Origin: Octopus vulgaris
Lineage: Eukaryota
Reading direction: 5' to 3'
Length of the DNA: 64,000 bases
NCBI GenBank assembly: GCA_951406725.2
Contig: OX597823.1
Coordinates: 36,146,001-36,210,000, forward strand
This document shows, piece after piece, positions 25,651 to 40,704 of this stretch. The translations under genes and the position numbers were made by a program. Each line of letters starts with the position of its first letter. Within the stretch, counting starts at the first letter, position 1. The notes below the pieces were generated by a model. The model made no database searches. It was not told where the DNA came from and was given only the letters and a program-made list of their open reading frames with translations.

Positions 25651-26749
25651 TATTCCTTTATTGATTATATATTATACATTATTGATCATTCGTTAGTGTT
25701 GAGAAGAGATTACTTTACGGATTGAAAGTTACCTACTCACTGACTAGTAGGGCTTACAATTAGTTTCATTTTATTACTGCTGCTTTCTGTCTCCTTTTCA
25801 CAGAAACATGAGTGTCACTTTCTCTATTTTGATTCTACGAATTTAGTCCTTTCACCTTTCCTAGAATTTTTGATAAAGTGCATTCCACGAAAGCTTGTCT
25901 GTATGTAAATGTGTGTGTGTTAGCCCCCCCCCCAACATCGCTTGAAACCAATCTTGGTGTGTTTATGTTCCCATAACTTATAGGTTCGGCAAAAGAGCCC
26001 AATAGAATAGGTACTAGGCTTACAAAGTATAAGTCCTGGGGCGATTTGTTTGACTAAGGGTGATGCTCCAGCATGACCACAGTCATGACTAAAACAAGTG
26101 AAAGAATATACATATGTATATATATACACACATATATATGTATGTATATATAGAGAGAGAACAAAGTGTACGTACACCACTATATATATATATATATAAA
26201 ATAAAATACAAAATGGGACAAGAACACAAAACATCTGGACAACACCTAGTGGCATACGTACACTTTGTTCTCTTATATGTAAGTACACATTTCACTAAAT
26301 TTTGTACGACTTTTTCAACCTTTTCACGCTTCGTTCTTGCTTTCTCCCCACCTCTCTCTCACGTTTCTTTGCCTTTCTTACTCACTTTTCACTTCACTAT
26401 GTCGCTGACTCTCTTTTTTCTTGCCACTCCTTTATTCTTCCGTCTATCTACTTCTACACACACACACTCTCTCTCTCTCTCTCTTCTCCTTAATTCCTTT
26501 GTTCCTCTTTTTCTCTCTCTTCTCTTCTCACATGACCGATTGGCCGACTGCTAGCCCTTTTGCGTCTGTCCATGGATTGCTTTGAGTTCTGCTGTTAACT
26601 TTATATTGTGTGGTGACCATAGTTGGGAGCAGTAGTCCAAGTGGCTGAGGGATCAAAGGACCATCAGTGTCTCCTCTCTTGTTCTGAAAGTTCGGAGAAT
26701 CCATCCAGCTAGCCGTCTGCATTTTATTACCAAACTGGTAATATGCACT

Positions 26750-28680
26750 TGGAAAGATGCATCATTGCTCATGTCAATGCCCAGGTCATGCACAGATTTT
26801 GACTCATGAATTACAACTCTTCCCGGCCAGTGTATCCGGTCTGCATGTCATTTACCTTTGTGTGCCGGTAGCGCAGGGCCTGAAACTTCCCTGCATTAAA
26901 CTGCATGTTGTTGTCCTCAGCCCACCTGTATATTGTATCCAACTCCCATTGCAGATGTGCAATATTTCCAGGGTTTTGTATTGTGTGGAAGACTTTTGTG
27001 TCATCTGCATAGCTAGCAAGGGTGGCCATCTTAGCAACTGAGGGCATGCCTGAAAGGGCCACTATGAACAGCAGTGGCCCCAAGACAGTGCCCTATGGAA
27101 CACTGCGTGTTATTTGTGTTTCCTTGGAGGTGGCTCCATTCGCCACAACTGCCTGCCTTCTGTCTTTTAGGAAGTTGTGCAGCCACTCTCCAAGTTTTCT
27201 GCCTATGCCTAGATCATGCAGTTTGTGACAGATAATACCATGGTCGACTTTATCAAAGGCTTTTGCAAAGTTGAGATATATCACATCTACATTTGAGCTG
27301 TTTTAACACTCAGTCATAGTGTTGCAGGAGCTGTGTTAGATAGCTTCTACCTGGTTGAAATCCATGCTGGGTGTCAGCAAGTCATTTTCTTCAAGGAACA
27401 TGATTAGTTTCTTGTGGACTATTCGTTCCATGACTTTGCTAATATGTGAGGTCAGAGAGATAGGCCTACAATTTTTAGCATCTGCTCTGCTTCCTCCCTT
27501 ATGGATAGGGCATATTACCCCTTCTTTCAATTTGACTGGGAGCTTACCACTTGCAAGAAAGCTCTGAAAAAGAAGCTGTAGCAGTTTTGCAAGGGCTCAT
27601 TTGCATGATTTGAGAAGGATCGCTGGAAATCCATCAGGTCCAGCAGCTGAGTTTGTGTCAATCTCATCTATGGCCAGTGTGATATCATCATCTTCAATGT
27701 TGATGTACTCAATTTTTGCCTCATTGGCTACAGGTAAAGTGGCAAAGAATTCTTCTGGTTTGTTTACTTGCCTGTGTCCAAGAGGTGTAGTGAACACACT
27801 TTGGAACTGTTCGTTCAGTATTTCACTTATCCTCGTGGGATTTCCTGTGAGGGAGCCATCTTTTTGGAAGAGAGGTCCTATCCTCTGGTGCACTGTGGCT
27901 GTCTCTTTGGCAAACTTTAAGAAAGCTTTAGGGTTTGACTTGATATTTTCTATTACCCAAGCTTCTTTATCTGCTCTCTCCTTTTCATGAGACTGATGCA
28001 GACTTTTCTCAATTTCCATAAGCATTCTCTTGAGGCGAAACTTCTCGACACTCTTCGTGTGCTTGCTCAGGCGGTTCGCAATCCTTGTCCATTGTCTCAT
28101 AAGAATCTTCCTTTCCCTAGGGATCCTGTTTTTGTGTGTGCTGGCCCTGCACACTGAGACATATTTGTCACATATGGCTTGTATTATGGACATGTTTGTG
28201 TTTCATGCCAATGTCTGGTGTGGAAAGACATTTAGGCCAATCCTGTTTGGGGATCTATTTCTCAATCAACTTCCAATTTGCTTTATGAAAGTTTAGTTTG
28301 GAGAGATTGTGGATGCTTCGTATAGGCTGTGTGTCTGCAGGAGCTTTTGGTCCATACATAGACAGCTCTATTATGTTGTGATCCGAGACCAATGTCGGCA
28401 TCACTTTAACATTATGGATAATATCTATATTGTTTGTGAAGCAGAGATCCAGTATATTATTTGCCCTGGTTGGTTGCAGCACTATTTGCTCCATGAAAGA
28501 GGCATTTGTGAGATGGAGCAGGGACTCTGCCTGTGCTTGCTGATGGTGTGTCATCCCTGGGAGCATCTGCCTGCCAGGCCATTCCACATTGGGGAAGTTA
28601 AGGCCACCCATGAAGAATACACTGTTGTGTTGTTCCAGTTTGGTGAGAGCTTCTATTTTTGTTAGGCAGTCTTCTGTCTG
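26750..28680 (-). mobile_element. CR1/L2-like LINE, endonuclease-RT, frameshifted
   Basis: GGLNFPNVEW, PTRANNILDLCFTN, AAGPDGFP, RPISLTS, FAKAFDKVDH, GPLLF, YADDTK. Confidence 0.9.
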
Positions 28681-30099
28681 AATGCTGTCTGAACAGGTGT
28701 CTTGTGTACCACGTATCAGATGCTGAAATAATTGCAGGGCAACAGGAAATTACATGTTTTGCTCAAGAACAAATGTACTACCTGGTCTAGGAATTGAAAT
28801 CACAATCTAGTGATCGCGAGTGCAACACTCTAACCACTAGGCCATGCACCCTCACTAATAACAACAACAACAATAATGATAAGCTTATTGTATATGATCA
28901 GATGCACTGTTAAAAGAACAACTACAAACATTTTTCTTTTTTGATAATTTAGTTGCTGTAGGAAGTCATTAAAATTCATCAGCATAATGACCTATTAATT
29001 AGACAGAAAAATAAGATTCAATCAAGAGTTATTGTGGAAGTGGTGGAATTCATGCTTTCAGCTGATGAAACTGTTTTTAGATTTCTTTTAATATGGAGTT
29101 AAAGTTTCATTACAGCTCCAGCTGGTCTCTCACATTGTTGTATTACACAACAGAGAACAATGACAACTGAAAGTAATGTTAAATTATAACTAAATCATGG
29201 ACCTTTCCCTTGCTCTTCCTCCTCTACCACCATTATTAACTCAAAACAGAAGAACTATGCTCCACCATCAAAACATTACCCTTTATAACACCAGTCTTGT
29301 CATAAATATTCCAGCTATTGCCCATTCAAATTCATATATTTCTCCTGCCTAGTGAAAGTAAAGAGCGAACATTCCTTCTGCCTGGCCTACATAAAATGAT
29401 ACAGCAAACACTTTACCGAACCTTTCACACCCCAGAAATACACTACTTACTTGTGTTCCAACCACTAACCTGGGCAACTTAACGTGAACAACATTAAATG
29501 CACTAACCACACCTATTCTATAGGCAAATAGACTCAAGTCTATAGCAAGTCTACAAGCATATAGACTGAAGTCTATAGCCCCTCTCTTCTTTCATGCTTT
29601 CCCTCATCTCAACACTAAAAAGTTGACAGGACAAAAAAATTTTAAAAATTGATAAGTGTTTAAACATTCAATAAAAAGGTTATTTTGATGGTAAAACTAT
29701 CTTAAAATCCTTTCCACTATCAATTATACTTCTCCAGCTTGCTATATTGTCTCAAAACTAGCATCAAGTTGAACAAGTATGAACCACATTTATATTGATT
29801 AGTCACCTATGTTGCGTTGCAGTATTATTCTATCAGTGAAGGCCAACCTTTCTCAGTAAGAATCAATTTAATAACAATAACACTTAGATCTGTTTTGTAG
29901 ACCTCTCCCTAAAGTTTGGTACAGCTTACAAATAACTCATCTGGCCACCAATCCATGAAGAAACAATTCCCATTGAGAGTGGGGAGGCAGGAGAGAGGGA
30001 GAGAAACACTTTTCTTGGTTAAACTGGTTACTTTCCACTATCACCTCATTATTCATTTTTCTTGTATATATATATATATATATATATATGTCAAACAAA

Positions 30100-31350
30100 C
30101 ATGGAAACAAAACCAAAGAAAAGTAAGCAGGAGTTGAAAGTTGCCTGTTGGAATGTCAGGACCATGCTTGACAAGGCTGACAGCAGCCACCCGGAACGTC
30201 GTTCGGCTCTCATAGCCCATGAACTCTCCCGTCTCAACATTGACATAGCAGCTCTCAGTGAGGTCCGCTTCACTGACGAGGGCAGCCTCAAAGAATGCAG
30301 CGCTGGCTACACCCTCTTCTGGTCCAGGAAACCATCATCTGAAAAACGAGTGTTGGGTGTAGGACTCATGGTGAGGAATTCCATCACCCCAAACTGGAAA
30401 CGTTATCCACAGGCCACTCAAACCGCATCATATCCATGCGCCTACCGCTGGAGAGCAAACATCTCACGCTCTTCAGTGTTTATGCTCCAACTCTACTGGC
30501 AGATCCTGCGGACAAAGACAGCTATTCTGATCTGTGCAGACTCTTGAACAACACCCTTGCAAACGACAAGGTCCTGATCCTTGGTGACTTCAACACACGA
30601 GTTGGGAGGGACTCTGAGGCTTGAAAAGGAGTCCTTGGAAGACACAGCGTTGGTGGCTGTAATGACAACGGGCACCTTCTGCTCGAATTCTGCACAGAGC
30701 ACCAACTTGCTATTACCAACACAATCTTCCACAGAAAGACCATCTGAAAACAACTTGGATGCACCCCCGGTCCAAACATTGGCATCTACTTGACTATGTG
30801 CTTGTGCGCCAGCAGGACCTGAAAGATGTTCTACACACAAGAGTGATGCCCAGTGCAGAGTCCCACACCGACTATCACCTTGTCCGCTGCAAACTCAAAC
30901 TGCAGTTCAAACCCAAACCCAAGAAGAAAGGTAACCCCGTAAAGAAACTCAATGTTGACAGCTTGTGCCAGGAGGAAGTTTGGCGAACTCTCCACCGGCC
31001 ACCATGTGAGAGGAGCTCTGAGGAAGCACTACAAAGACTGCCTCAAGAAGTCTCTAACAGTATGTCATATTGGCTACCAATGCTGGTCAAACCTGGGTGT
31101 GGACCGTGATGTCTGGCGCCATACGAACTTCAACGCAGTCAGCGAGTTTGAGGAACAAAGAAGAGACACACTTAAAGACAAGAGACGCAGGAGGAAGGTG
31201 TGAGCCGCCTCTGACACCACACCGGATGTTACCTTCGTCTGTGGACATTGCTCACGGACCTGCCTTTCCCATATCAGACTTGTCAGTCATGAGCGTGCAT
31301 GCACACGACTTGGACAGCCTTCCTGATCTTTGTTCGTGAAGCCGAGCCAT
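30100..31350 (+). mobile_element. RTE LINE with RT domain deleted (endonuclease joined to C-terminus)
   Basis: VACWNVRTMLD, IAALSEVRF, ILGDFN, WHLLDYVLVR, then KHYKDCLK and C2H2-like CGHC..H..C from about 30980; (TAT)n tail. Confidence 0.88.
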
Positions 31351-31419
31351 GATATATTATTATTATTATTATTTATAGTATTACTTGACTCATTGGAAGG
31401 TGATTCCCAGCAAGCACTG

Positions 31420-32020
31420 AATGAATTTGCTGCTGAGTGTTGCAAGGTAGGAATTAGTATTGTAAAGACTGACACATTGGTCTTCTCAATACACTCTGCA
31501 TGTTAGTGGCAAATCACAGGCATATGAAGAAGTTTAAGTATCTCAGGGTTGTATTCATGAGTGATAGGAAGCAGAAGGCTGAATTGGATGCTAGAATTGC
31601 AGGTGCTGGCACAGTAATACACCAGTCCCAGAATTTGATCCTCAGAACAGAAGAGGTTGGTAAAAAAACCAAACTCACAATTTTCAATTCAGTTTTTACA
31701 CCTATCTTCACCTATGGTCGTGAATGTTAGATACTGATTGAAAGAGTATGATCGTGAATACAAGTAGCTGAAATGGGGGTCCTCTGAAGGATCTCTGTAG
31801 TAATATTACTGAACAAGGTATACAGCTTGGAGATCAAGGAATCTCTCCAGACTGAGCTGCTACTTCTCTGCATTGAGAGGCCACAGTTGTGGTTATATGG
31901 ATATGTGATAAGAATGTCACAGGAAAGAATCACACAAGACAGGTTTTTTTCAAGCCAAGTCAACCAGCAGGAGGCCTGCAGGCAGACTAAGAAGAAGATG
32001 GTTGGATAATATCCATAGTC
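31420..32020 (+). mobile_element. RTE LINE 3' fragment
   Basis: KFKYLRVVF, ELDARIAGAG, IFNSVFTPIFTYGREC, LWLYGYVIRM. Confidence 0.75.
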
Positions 32021-32429
32021 TTTCACTCACATCTAAATAATCTACATACATCAATAAAATTCACTATGCAATGGCACACAAGGAATTACTATTTTTGGAC
32101 AAACTTATAATAATTAAAGAGGATAACACCATTAAAACATATTTTCTATAAACTCAAACACAAACCAATACTTGAACTTTTGTTCCTCCCATCCCTTGCA
32201 TACTAAAAGAAATATATCTTTTAATATGACAAAATGAATGTGCACTATAGTAAATAGATGCAGAATTAAAGTATAAAAAATAACAAGAATTAAGCATATT
32301 CATAGAAAAACGAAAATATCCCACTAGACTAATTGACTGAGCTATTATAAAAGTGAAAAGTATCCCAACTACAGAACTCAGAGGAAAACAAACACATAAA
32401 AATAGAAATGAACTCCTAAGCTTTCCTTT

Positions 32430-32970
32430 TGTCACCACCCACAACCCAAGAAATCATGACATTGTCAATACTGCTAAAAGATATCTCCCAATTCTTTAAC
32501 AATCATCACAAATGAACAAACTAATGACAGAATCAGGAAAAATACATTGCAGATGCCAAGCACCCAACCTAAAAAAGCTCTTAACTAAAGAAAGATTTAC
32601 AAGAGAAGCAACAAAGAGAGTTCAAAAATGTGGTGACCCTCATTGTTGAACATGTGATTACATTGAAGGAGAGCAAATTACATTTTAAAAATGTGAATTG
32701 ACCTGATTCACTGTGCCACATGCCCTGAATGCAAAGAATACTACATTGGGGAAATGGGTATTGGATTATATGAAAGAGTAAGGGTACATAAACAACAAAT
32801 CCATGATACCTCTGTTAAAAACAACTTGTAGTGAACATTTTGAGAAATGTGGCAAAAAAAAATTCAAAATATTCCCCATCTTTAGAATAGGGACAGAAAA
32901 TGAATATTTTTGTAAAGCAAAAGTAGAATACTTTATTAGTAAATGCACACCAAAACTAAACCAAAAATAA
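32430..32970 (+). mobile_element. Penelope-like element GIY-YIG fragment
   Basis: KCGDPHC..TCDY and CPECKEYYIGEMG translations. Confidence 0.6.
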
Positions 32971-33349
32971 TACTAAAGCTGTCAGAATTACTATCCCAAC
33001 AATCCACATGAAAACACCAACCACTGTCTGAGTAATTAAAGCTATGTATGATTATGTACTTTTATACCTACTTTTTTTTATAAATTCACAGTTATATACA
33101 GATGTCTCTCTATATATGTGTATACATAAAAAATATATGTAGGGGTATGTTTGTATGGATGTGCATATATGTGTGTAGGTGTATGTTAAAGTTTATCAGT
33201 GTGTTTGTATGGTGATATGTGTATATATATATCATGCTGGCTACTTCATAAAATCTTATCTATTTATATGTGTGTGTGTGTGTTCAAATGTGTACATATA
33301 TGTAAACATGTCTAGATGTGTTTTTATGCATATAAATGTATATGGAAAT

Positions 33350-33680
33350 TGTAGCTGTGATACCAGTGCCGGTGGCACAAAAGAGAACCATCCGAACGTG
33401 GCCATTGCCAGCGCCACCCCGACTGGCTTCCGTGCCGGTGGCACGTAAAAAGCACCATCCAATCGTGGCCGTTTGCCAGCCTCGTCTGGCACCTGTACCA
33501 GTGGCACGTAAAAAGCACCCACTACACTCATGGAGTGGTTGGCGTTAGGAAGGGCATCCAGCCATAGAAACATTGCTAGATCAGACTGGGCCTGGTGCAG
33601 CCTTCTGGCTTCCCAGACCCCAACTGCACCGTCCAACCCATGCCAGCATGGAAAGCAGACACTAAACAATGATGATGATG
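33350..33680 (+). mobile_element. SINE with (GAT)n tail; the best-preserved copy of a family also near 1710, 8210, 10500, 12695, 15290, 21960, 35730, 36280, 38590 and 57830
   Basis: shared ggcgttaggaagggcatccagccatagaaac...ccaacccatgccagcatggaaa...gatgatgat; repeated gccggtggcacgtaaaaagcacc units. Confidence 0.85.
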
Positions 33681-34379
33681 ATATATATATGTGTGTGTGT
33701 ACATGTATGTGTATATGGTATGCTGTGAAGACGTGGGTATTCACCTCACAATTGTAAGGTTGTGTGTTCGATTCCTGATGACGCATCATGTCCTTAAGCA
33801 AGATACTTTATTTCATGTTACTCTAGCATACTCAGCTGGCAAAAATGAGTAGTACCTGTACTTCAAAGGGCCAGCCTGGCCACATCCTGGGTCATGCTGA
33901 ATCATTCTGGGAACTATGTTTGTGGATGGGCATCTGTATGTGTATTTGTATGGGCACACATGCAGATACCAGTTTGAGTATATGTATTTTCCTGGGTATC
34001 TATCTGGGTGTGTACATATATATGTGTGTGTGTGTGTGTGCATATATGTATGTGTGTTGTTGCACATATATCTATGAATGCAGGTACAGACAACTTGCAA
34101 GACAAAAGTCCCCTCAGCTGGGAGGAGGGAGTAATAGTCAGGGGGTGGCTTTGAGCCAGTTGATGAGAGATTAAAGATATAGAGGAAAAGGGATAGGTGT
34201 CTTACCGTAGAATACACATGCACATATACCTGAATTTAAGTATTTGTGTGTGTGTGTGTATATATATACACACACACACACATATATTTACTTGAGGTAC
34301 AAGCATTCTCAAGCTGGACAGAAAATCCTTAAGTAATAATTTTATTTCATTTCTTTTTCTTGGAAAATTTAGACTTTCT

Positions 34380-35230
34380 TTAAGGAACTATTCCTTCATT
34401 TCTTCTAACCTTATTATCAATATGCTATTCTGTACATTACCAAAAACGTTTTGTTTTAATCCTCCTACATACACCGATATATGATATTTATCCATTACCA
34501 TCAAATCTCCTAACCCCTGTGCCTATTCTGTACTTTCTTATCCCATCTATTTCACCCTGCCACGACACCTATAGGAAAGTGCCCAATTTGTGCATATTGA
34601 GTATCTTCCTTCCCTCTATCTCCACTAACTACTAACCCTCCTGCTTATTGAACGAGGTATGATGCTTGAGTGTGAATAGACTGAACTCTGGCAACCTTTT
34701 ATTCATCCTCCCTCACCCTCCTGTCACCATACTTTCTTGGGTTATGTTACTTTGAGGATATACCCTGACCTATCATCATCATCTTACCTATCTCTGCACC
34801 ACTCTAGAGATTACTATATTTCTGTCCTTCCGGTTCCAGATATAGCTTGCTAGATTTTTGCTTTTCCTTTTGTCTAAGAATTTAAAAAATGATTGGTGGT
34901 TGGTGTAATTCTTTTTGAATCATACTCAAACAATTCAATAGATTTTTTCCCTTTAGTGTCCTTATTTTGTGGAACAAAGGTGATCACAGCTTTGTAGATG
35001 CATGTCTAATCAAGGGGGCATCTTGGTTGAATAATATAAAATGCTGTCTTTCATATTAGGGCTACAGCTGCAGAAAACTTACATGGAACATTTATTGAAG
35101 ACAGCTACAATATCTATGGATATCAAGGAAATGCTTATCTATCAGAGCTAGAAATATTTTACCTCCATCAGACCTAACATTCAAAGAGAAAGAGGGACTT
35201 GGCTTCTATTTGGGATGGAGAGGATAATTT
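34380..35230 (-). mobile_element. Penelope-like element remnant
   Basis: minus translation NLASYIWNRKD resembles the GIY-YIG region; heavily decayed. Confidence 0.45.
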
Positions 35231-37404
35231 CATCTCTTTAAAGCCACTGTTGGCCAAGGCACTATTACTGTAGCAGTTGCTTTATGGAAAAGTATATACT
35301 CATATACATACATGGTTTTGTGGTTTACTATGAGCAAATATCTTTTACAATAACCAAAGCCAACCAACCAATAACTTTTCAATGAAATAATTAGTAGATA
35401 GAAGCTGAAAAGATGCCAGTTTTGCACATCTTTCTCTCACTAACCCACCATCACCTACCTAACTGCAGTATTTTTCAGCTGTAATTAAATGAAAATAAAA
35501 CTACTTATTTCCTGTGATACCAGTTGTCTTTCTCACTACTCTGAACTACTTTCATTTGATATCCACCTTTTATTATTTTTACATTGTCCTTCTCCGTTCA
35601 GTTTATTTTAAACACCTTTTTGTGTTATTAAATTAATCTCCTTCAAGACATCTCTCATTCTCAATATACTACATATCTCTACCCTCACACTTTTGCAACT
35701 TACCAACCCATATACCAACTCCATTTCTCTCATCCAACCCATGCTAGCATGGAAAACGGACGTTAAACGATGATGATGATGATGACTGCTGTTCTTCACC
35801 CCACCTTGTACTATCAATCACCTACTCTCCCTACCTTTCTTCCAACTCATGCATCATTGATCAACCTCTCCATCCTTGATTCCCATTCACTACATTCACC
35901 TCTCAACTGCACTCAGTCTCTAGTCATCTACTCTTCCCTTCAACTGATATTTGTCATCAACCAATTTTCTTCATTCATTATATTTGCCTCTTCACTCCTA
36001 CCCCATCACTAACCATCTCTTACTCTCTTCATACACTCTTGCAATCTCTACCTACTCACACTTCTTGTTCTTCTGTCCCTATTCACTTCTAACTCCACCC
36101 TGATTACTCCCATCCACTTGTCTATAATCAAGTAACCATATAGCTCCTCTACAACATGAAACCTATTGCAGCTCCTTTCATATTTTAACCGCTTGTCTTT
36201 TAGCATAAAGCCTCATCCTGCACTACTGTTGCCATACTCAGTTGAAAGGGATTTTTGTTTTGAGTCCTGCAGGACAACATCACATGTGCTGGTGCCATGA
36301 AAGAGCTACCCAGTAAACTTTGTAAAGTGGCAGATATCAGGAAGAGAATCCAGCCAGAAAAACCATGTCAGAGAAGACAGTGGAGCATGATACAGCCTCA
36401 AACCCACTGGATTCTGTCAAAGTATCCAACCCATGTCATTATGGAACACTGATGTTAAAAGATGGTGCTGATGATGATATATATGTGTGTGAGTGTGTTT
36501 GTATTTTCCCTCACCTTCATGTGTTCAGTGATTGTTAACAAAGACCTCACTCTGCATACAGATGGTGTCCTTTGATTGTAGTCCACTGGAAAAGCATGAG
36601 AGATGAAAATAGAAAATGGATTGAACGACATTATTTAAAATCACTACAATTTTTTCCACACATCATTGCGCCCTAAGTATATTGATGAGTAATTATATCA
36701 TCTCTCACCAATGTTGTTTAATCCATTTTCTATCATTTTTCTATTTATATAAACTCTAAAAATACTATGGAATTCCAGATGTATATCTAACATCAAGAGT
36801 ACTTCCACTGTATAATGACAGCTGGTAGTCAATAACTGTAAACAAACTTTGCATAGCATACAAGGTTGTATACAATACAAATCTTACCTAAATCTTATTT
36901 AACTATATATACATACACACATACATATAGGCATATAATGTATGACAGATATATAGAAATACATATAATAGCACAAATGAAATTTTTCCTTCATGTCTGC
37001 ATTTTACAAAATATGTTTTAGTGGGATTGAAGGATAAACCATCAGACATAATAAATTCCAGTGTTGGTTTCTGTAATTTTTGAAAGTCATAAGACACCTT
37101 GTTATATTTACAAGTGAAGTTAATCATTTCCTGTGTTTCTTTCTCTGTCTTTTTCTAAACGAGCATGCTCATTGCATAGAACACAGTCACTAAACCATCT
37201 TGTTTTTACAAGCTTAATAAATGGTGAAATAAATTAATATTGAGTAGCTGTATTCGACAAGGCTTTTTGTTTAGTCTTTGTGACTCAAGTTTCATGCCAT
37301 TCCAATTTTCAAGAATGAAATTTGAGTAACAAGCTAAAAGTTCAGTTTCAGTAAATCATATGTGTGAACACTCTGCTCTCTCATTTGTTCAACACAATTG
37401 AACA

Positions 37405-37441
<37 letters not shown>

Positions 37442-40204
37442 ACCATGATCTTATGACATATTTTATCTCTTTTTCTAACTCCATTCACTTGTCTATAATG
37501 AAGTAGGTATGTCACTCCTCTACAACATGAAACCTATTTCAGAACTTTCATATTTTATACTCTTTTAACATACACACACAGACACATGCACACACTCTTT
37601 TACTTCTTTCAGTTTTTGAACTGTAGTCATGTATATCCAGAAAATAGCCTTGCTTGGTATGCAGAATAGGAGTAGATACAAATTTCATACAATGTTATCT
37701 CAATACTAATTATGGGTACACAAGAGAAGCACAGTTGAATTATAAGCAGGTTGATACAGAAAGTGGATTTTATATATGGCAGGTGCACAGGAACCATAAA
37801 CACCAAGAGCCCAGGAGTACCCTTAGAGGTAGCTGATGGTTTCTGTTACCTGCGAGACCAAATAGTGGAGGAAGATGTTCTGAAAGTATAGTAGCAAGAG
37901 GTAAGAGTAAGAATACACTGGAGAAAGTTCAGGGTAACAAAGTTTGTCTGTAAGAACAAAGTTTTGCCCGCTGAAGAAGACCTGTTCAGCTCTGCTTACA
38001 AGATAAAACCAAGGTTCTGGAAGAATAATGCATAGGTATATAATTAGGTCTCTTGCCCAATATATCTCCAAGTCTAAACCTATTGCACCTCTTCATCTTA
38101 TTCTCATACCTACTGCATTACCCTGCTTCTGTAATTTATAAAATTTAAATCCTTATCACCTTTTTGATACTGACAATCATCATTTCTCCTCCTATCAGCC
38201 ACTTCTAGTTGATATCCATCCCTCATTCTTATCATCCTCATCCCCACTCATATTTACCATCAACTACCCCCATCCTTGTTGACCAGGCCCTTTAGCATTC
38301 ACTTCTCTATATGTATCTTTGATCACACCTACCCATGGTTCTGTTCTTCTTTTATGCACCCTACCACACCCTTTTCCTACACTCCCTGTTCACCTTCTTT
38401 GGACACCTTAAGTTGGGAGATTGGTCTGGTACCTTGTCACCAACATATCTCTTTCTGGCCCCACTCCATTCACCCCACCCATCCATATATAATTCAGTGG
38501 GGTAGCAATGAATTTCTTCTGCAACAATAAACCTGTTCCTTTGCCTCTCATTGTATACACTTTTCTCTCTCTTATCCTTTGTCTGTCGACCTCACTAGTG
38601 CTGGTTCCATGAAGAAAGCACAGTACATTCTGTAAAGTGGTTGATGCTAGGTTGGGCATCCAGCCACAGAAAAATATGTCAGAACTGAAATGCTAGAACA
38701 AGATGTGGTTCTGCAACTCTTCAGCTCATTGATACAATCTATGCCATCACGAAAAGCAGACATATAATGATTATATATGTGAATGTATGTACGTGAATGC
38801 GCATGCACACACACACAGAAGAATATCTTCTCTCGGAGCATCAGAATCTGATAAATTGGTAGTATTGACACAGGAATTATGTCAATACTATCATTATGCC
38901 CCCATTATGGCCTGAAAGCCAGAAGTTAGAGGTGGAGTAGAAGTGTGGACATAGATTAATACACTATTGATATAAAATGTTTTGTTAATTAATCTCACTA
39001 GTGAAATTAATCAAGTGTCCCAATGACACTTGGATCATAATAAATTATTTACATTCCCACCACCATTATCATCATCATTAGTATTATTATAGTTGCTGTT
39101 GTAACTTGGAAAATTAAGAAGAAAAAGTGGGATGAAAATATGAACAGGTCAGAAGTCAAAACCTCTTCAACACAAGAATGGTAAAATATGAATTTGGTGG
39201 GAAGAAGTAAGTGTGTGTGTGTATAGGTGTCAGTTTGTAGGCAGTTTCAGTTCTATAGTGCACTGTGTGCAAATGTCCATGAGGTTTCACTGATATTGGT
39301 TTGGTGAAGCAAGATGTAGATATGTATAGTACAGAAGTATAGTTCGTTGTTATAAGCAATGTATAGACCTGTATAACTGATTACTATCATCATAGCCTAT
39401 AATGAGTGAGGTGGGAAACTAAATCTGAGTAGAAATTTATTCAGGGGAGGCAATCAGTTATGTAATTGATCTGATCAAAATATATTATGAGAAAACAAAG
39501 ACATTTGTACTCTAACAACCTATGTGTGGGTGTGGAGTGACTATCTATGTACATATACCTGTATGTATGCATGCACACCTACCCATCTTTATATATAATA
39601 TATATATATGATGATGATGATATATATATATTGATGATGATGATTGACTGCATTGCTCCTTCCACATCCATACAACCAACTCTTGTTCAAATTGAAAAAG
39701 TCACCTTATTTTTCTTTCTGTTCATCATTTTCCTTATCCCTTATCCCTTTTCCCCTTCTTTTAATTATTAAAGCAAAGCAACTGGTCTCATAAAAATAAA
39801 ATAAAATAAACAACATTACAAAACAACTTATAAACTGACTTGAAAAGAACAAAATTCATTTATCATAAGGTTGTAATTGCTACGCACACATGCATGCACA
39901 CACACATGCATGCACACACACACACACACACACACACAACTATTTTTTTTAGGCAAAAGAAAGAAAATCATTTGTGAAATAATAAAAAACAAAAACAAAC
40001 ATTTTGCTGTTGAAGCAATTTCAGTTGTGATAAAAAAAAAAGAAGTTACAAAACATAAGCTAAGACATATTTGGGGGAATTCAGGCTACAAAAAAGAGGA
40101 GGGGAAGATTCAGAAAATTTGAAAATATTTTTTAAAAAGAAAACAATTGTCCTGTTTTTCTTATTTTCATTTATGATAATTACAAACAACACTACAAGCA
40201 CTAA

Positions 40205-40671
40205 TAATAATAATAATAATAATCCTTTCTACTATAGGCACAAGGCCTGAAATTTTTGGGGAGGTGGGGCAGTTAATTTGATGGACCCCAGTGTGCAACA
40301 GATACTTAATTCATCGACTCCAAAAGGATGAAAGGCAAAGTTGAACTCGGTGGGATTTTAACTTAGAACGTAAAGACAGATAAAATGCCACTAAACATTT
40401 TGCCTGGCAGGCTAACGATTCTGCCAGCTTACCACCTTAATAAAAATAATAATGATAATAATAATCTTTTCTACTATAGGTACAAGGCCTGAAATTGGGG
40501 GATGGGAACAGTCGATTATATCAACCCCAGTACTTGATTGGTAGTTCATTGATTCTAAAAGGATGAAAGGCAAAGTCAGCCTAGGTGGAATTTGAACTCA
40601 GAATGTAAGGATGAACAAAATGCCACTAAGCATTTTGCCCGGCATGCTAGTGGTTCTGCCAACTCGCCACC

Positions 40672-40700
<29 letters not shown>
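40205..40700 (-). mobile_element. two tandem tRNA-derived SINEs with (ATT)n tails
   Basis: each has ctttctactataggcacaaggcctgaa...ggatgaaaggcaaagt...gaattt(g/t)aact (B-box-like on -)...ccaccttaataataat. Confidence 0.85.

Positions 40701-40704
<4 letters not shown>

Noticed and set aside
29528-29580. Two short atagact..agtctat palindromes
   Set aside because: Too short in AT-rich DNA; probably a local micro-duplication
33355-33520. Repeated gccggtggcacgtaaaaagcacc units resembling a CRISPR array
   Set aside because: Eukaryotic DNA; these are internal repeats of a SINE and no cas genes are present
40330-40440. tRNA-like A/B-box sequences
   Set aside because: SINE heads with no cloverleaf; not tRNA genes
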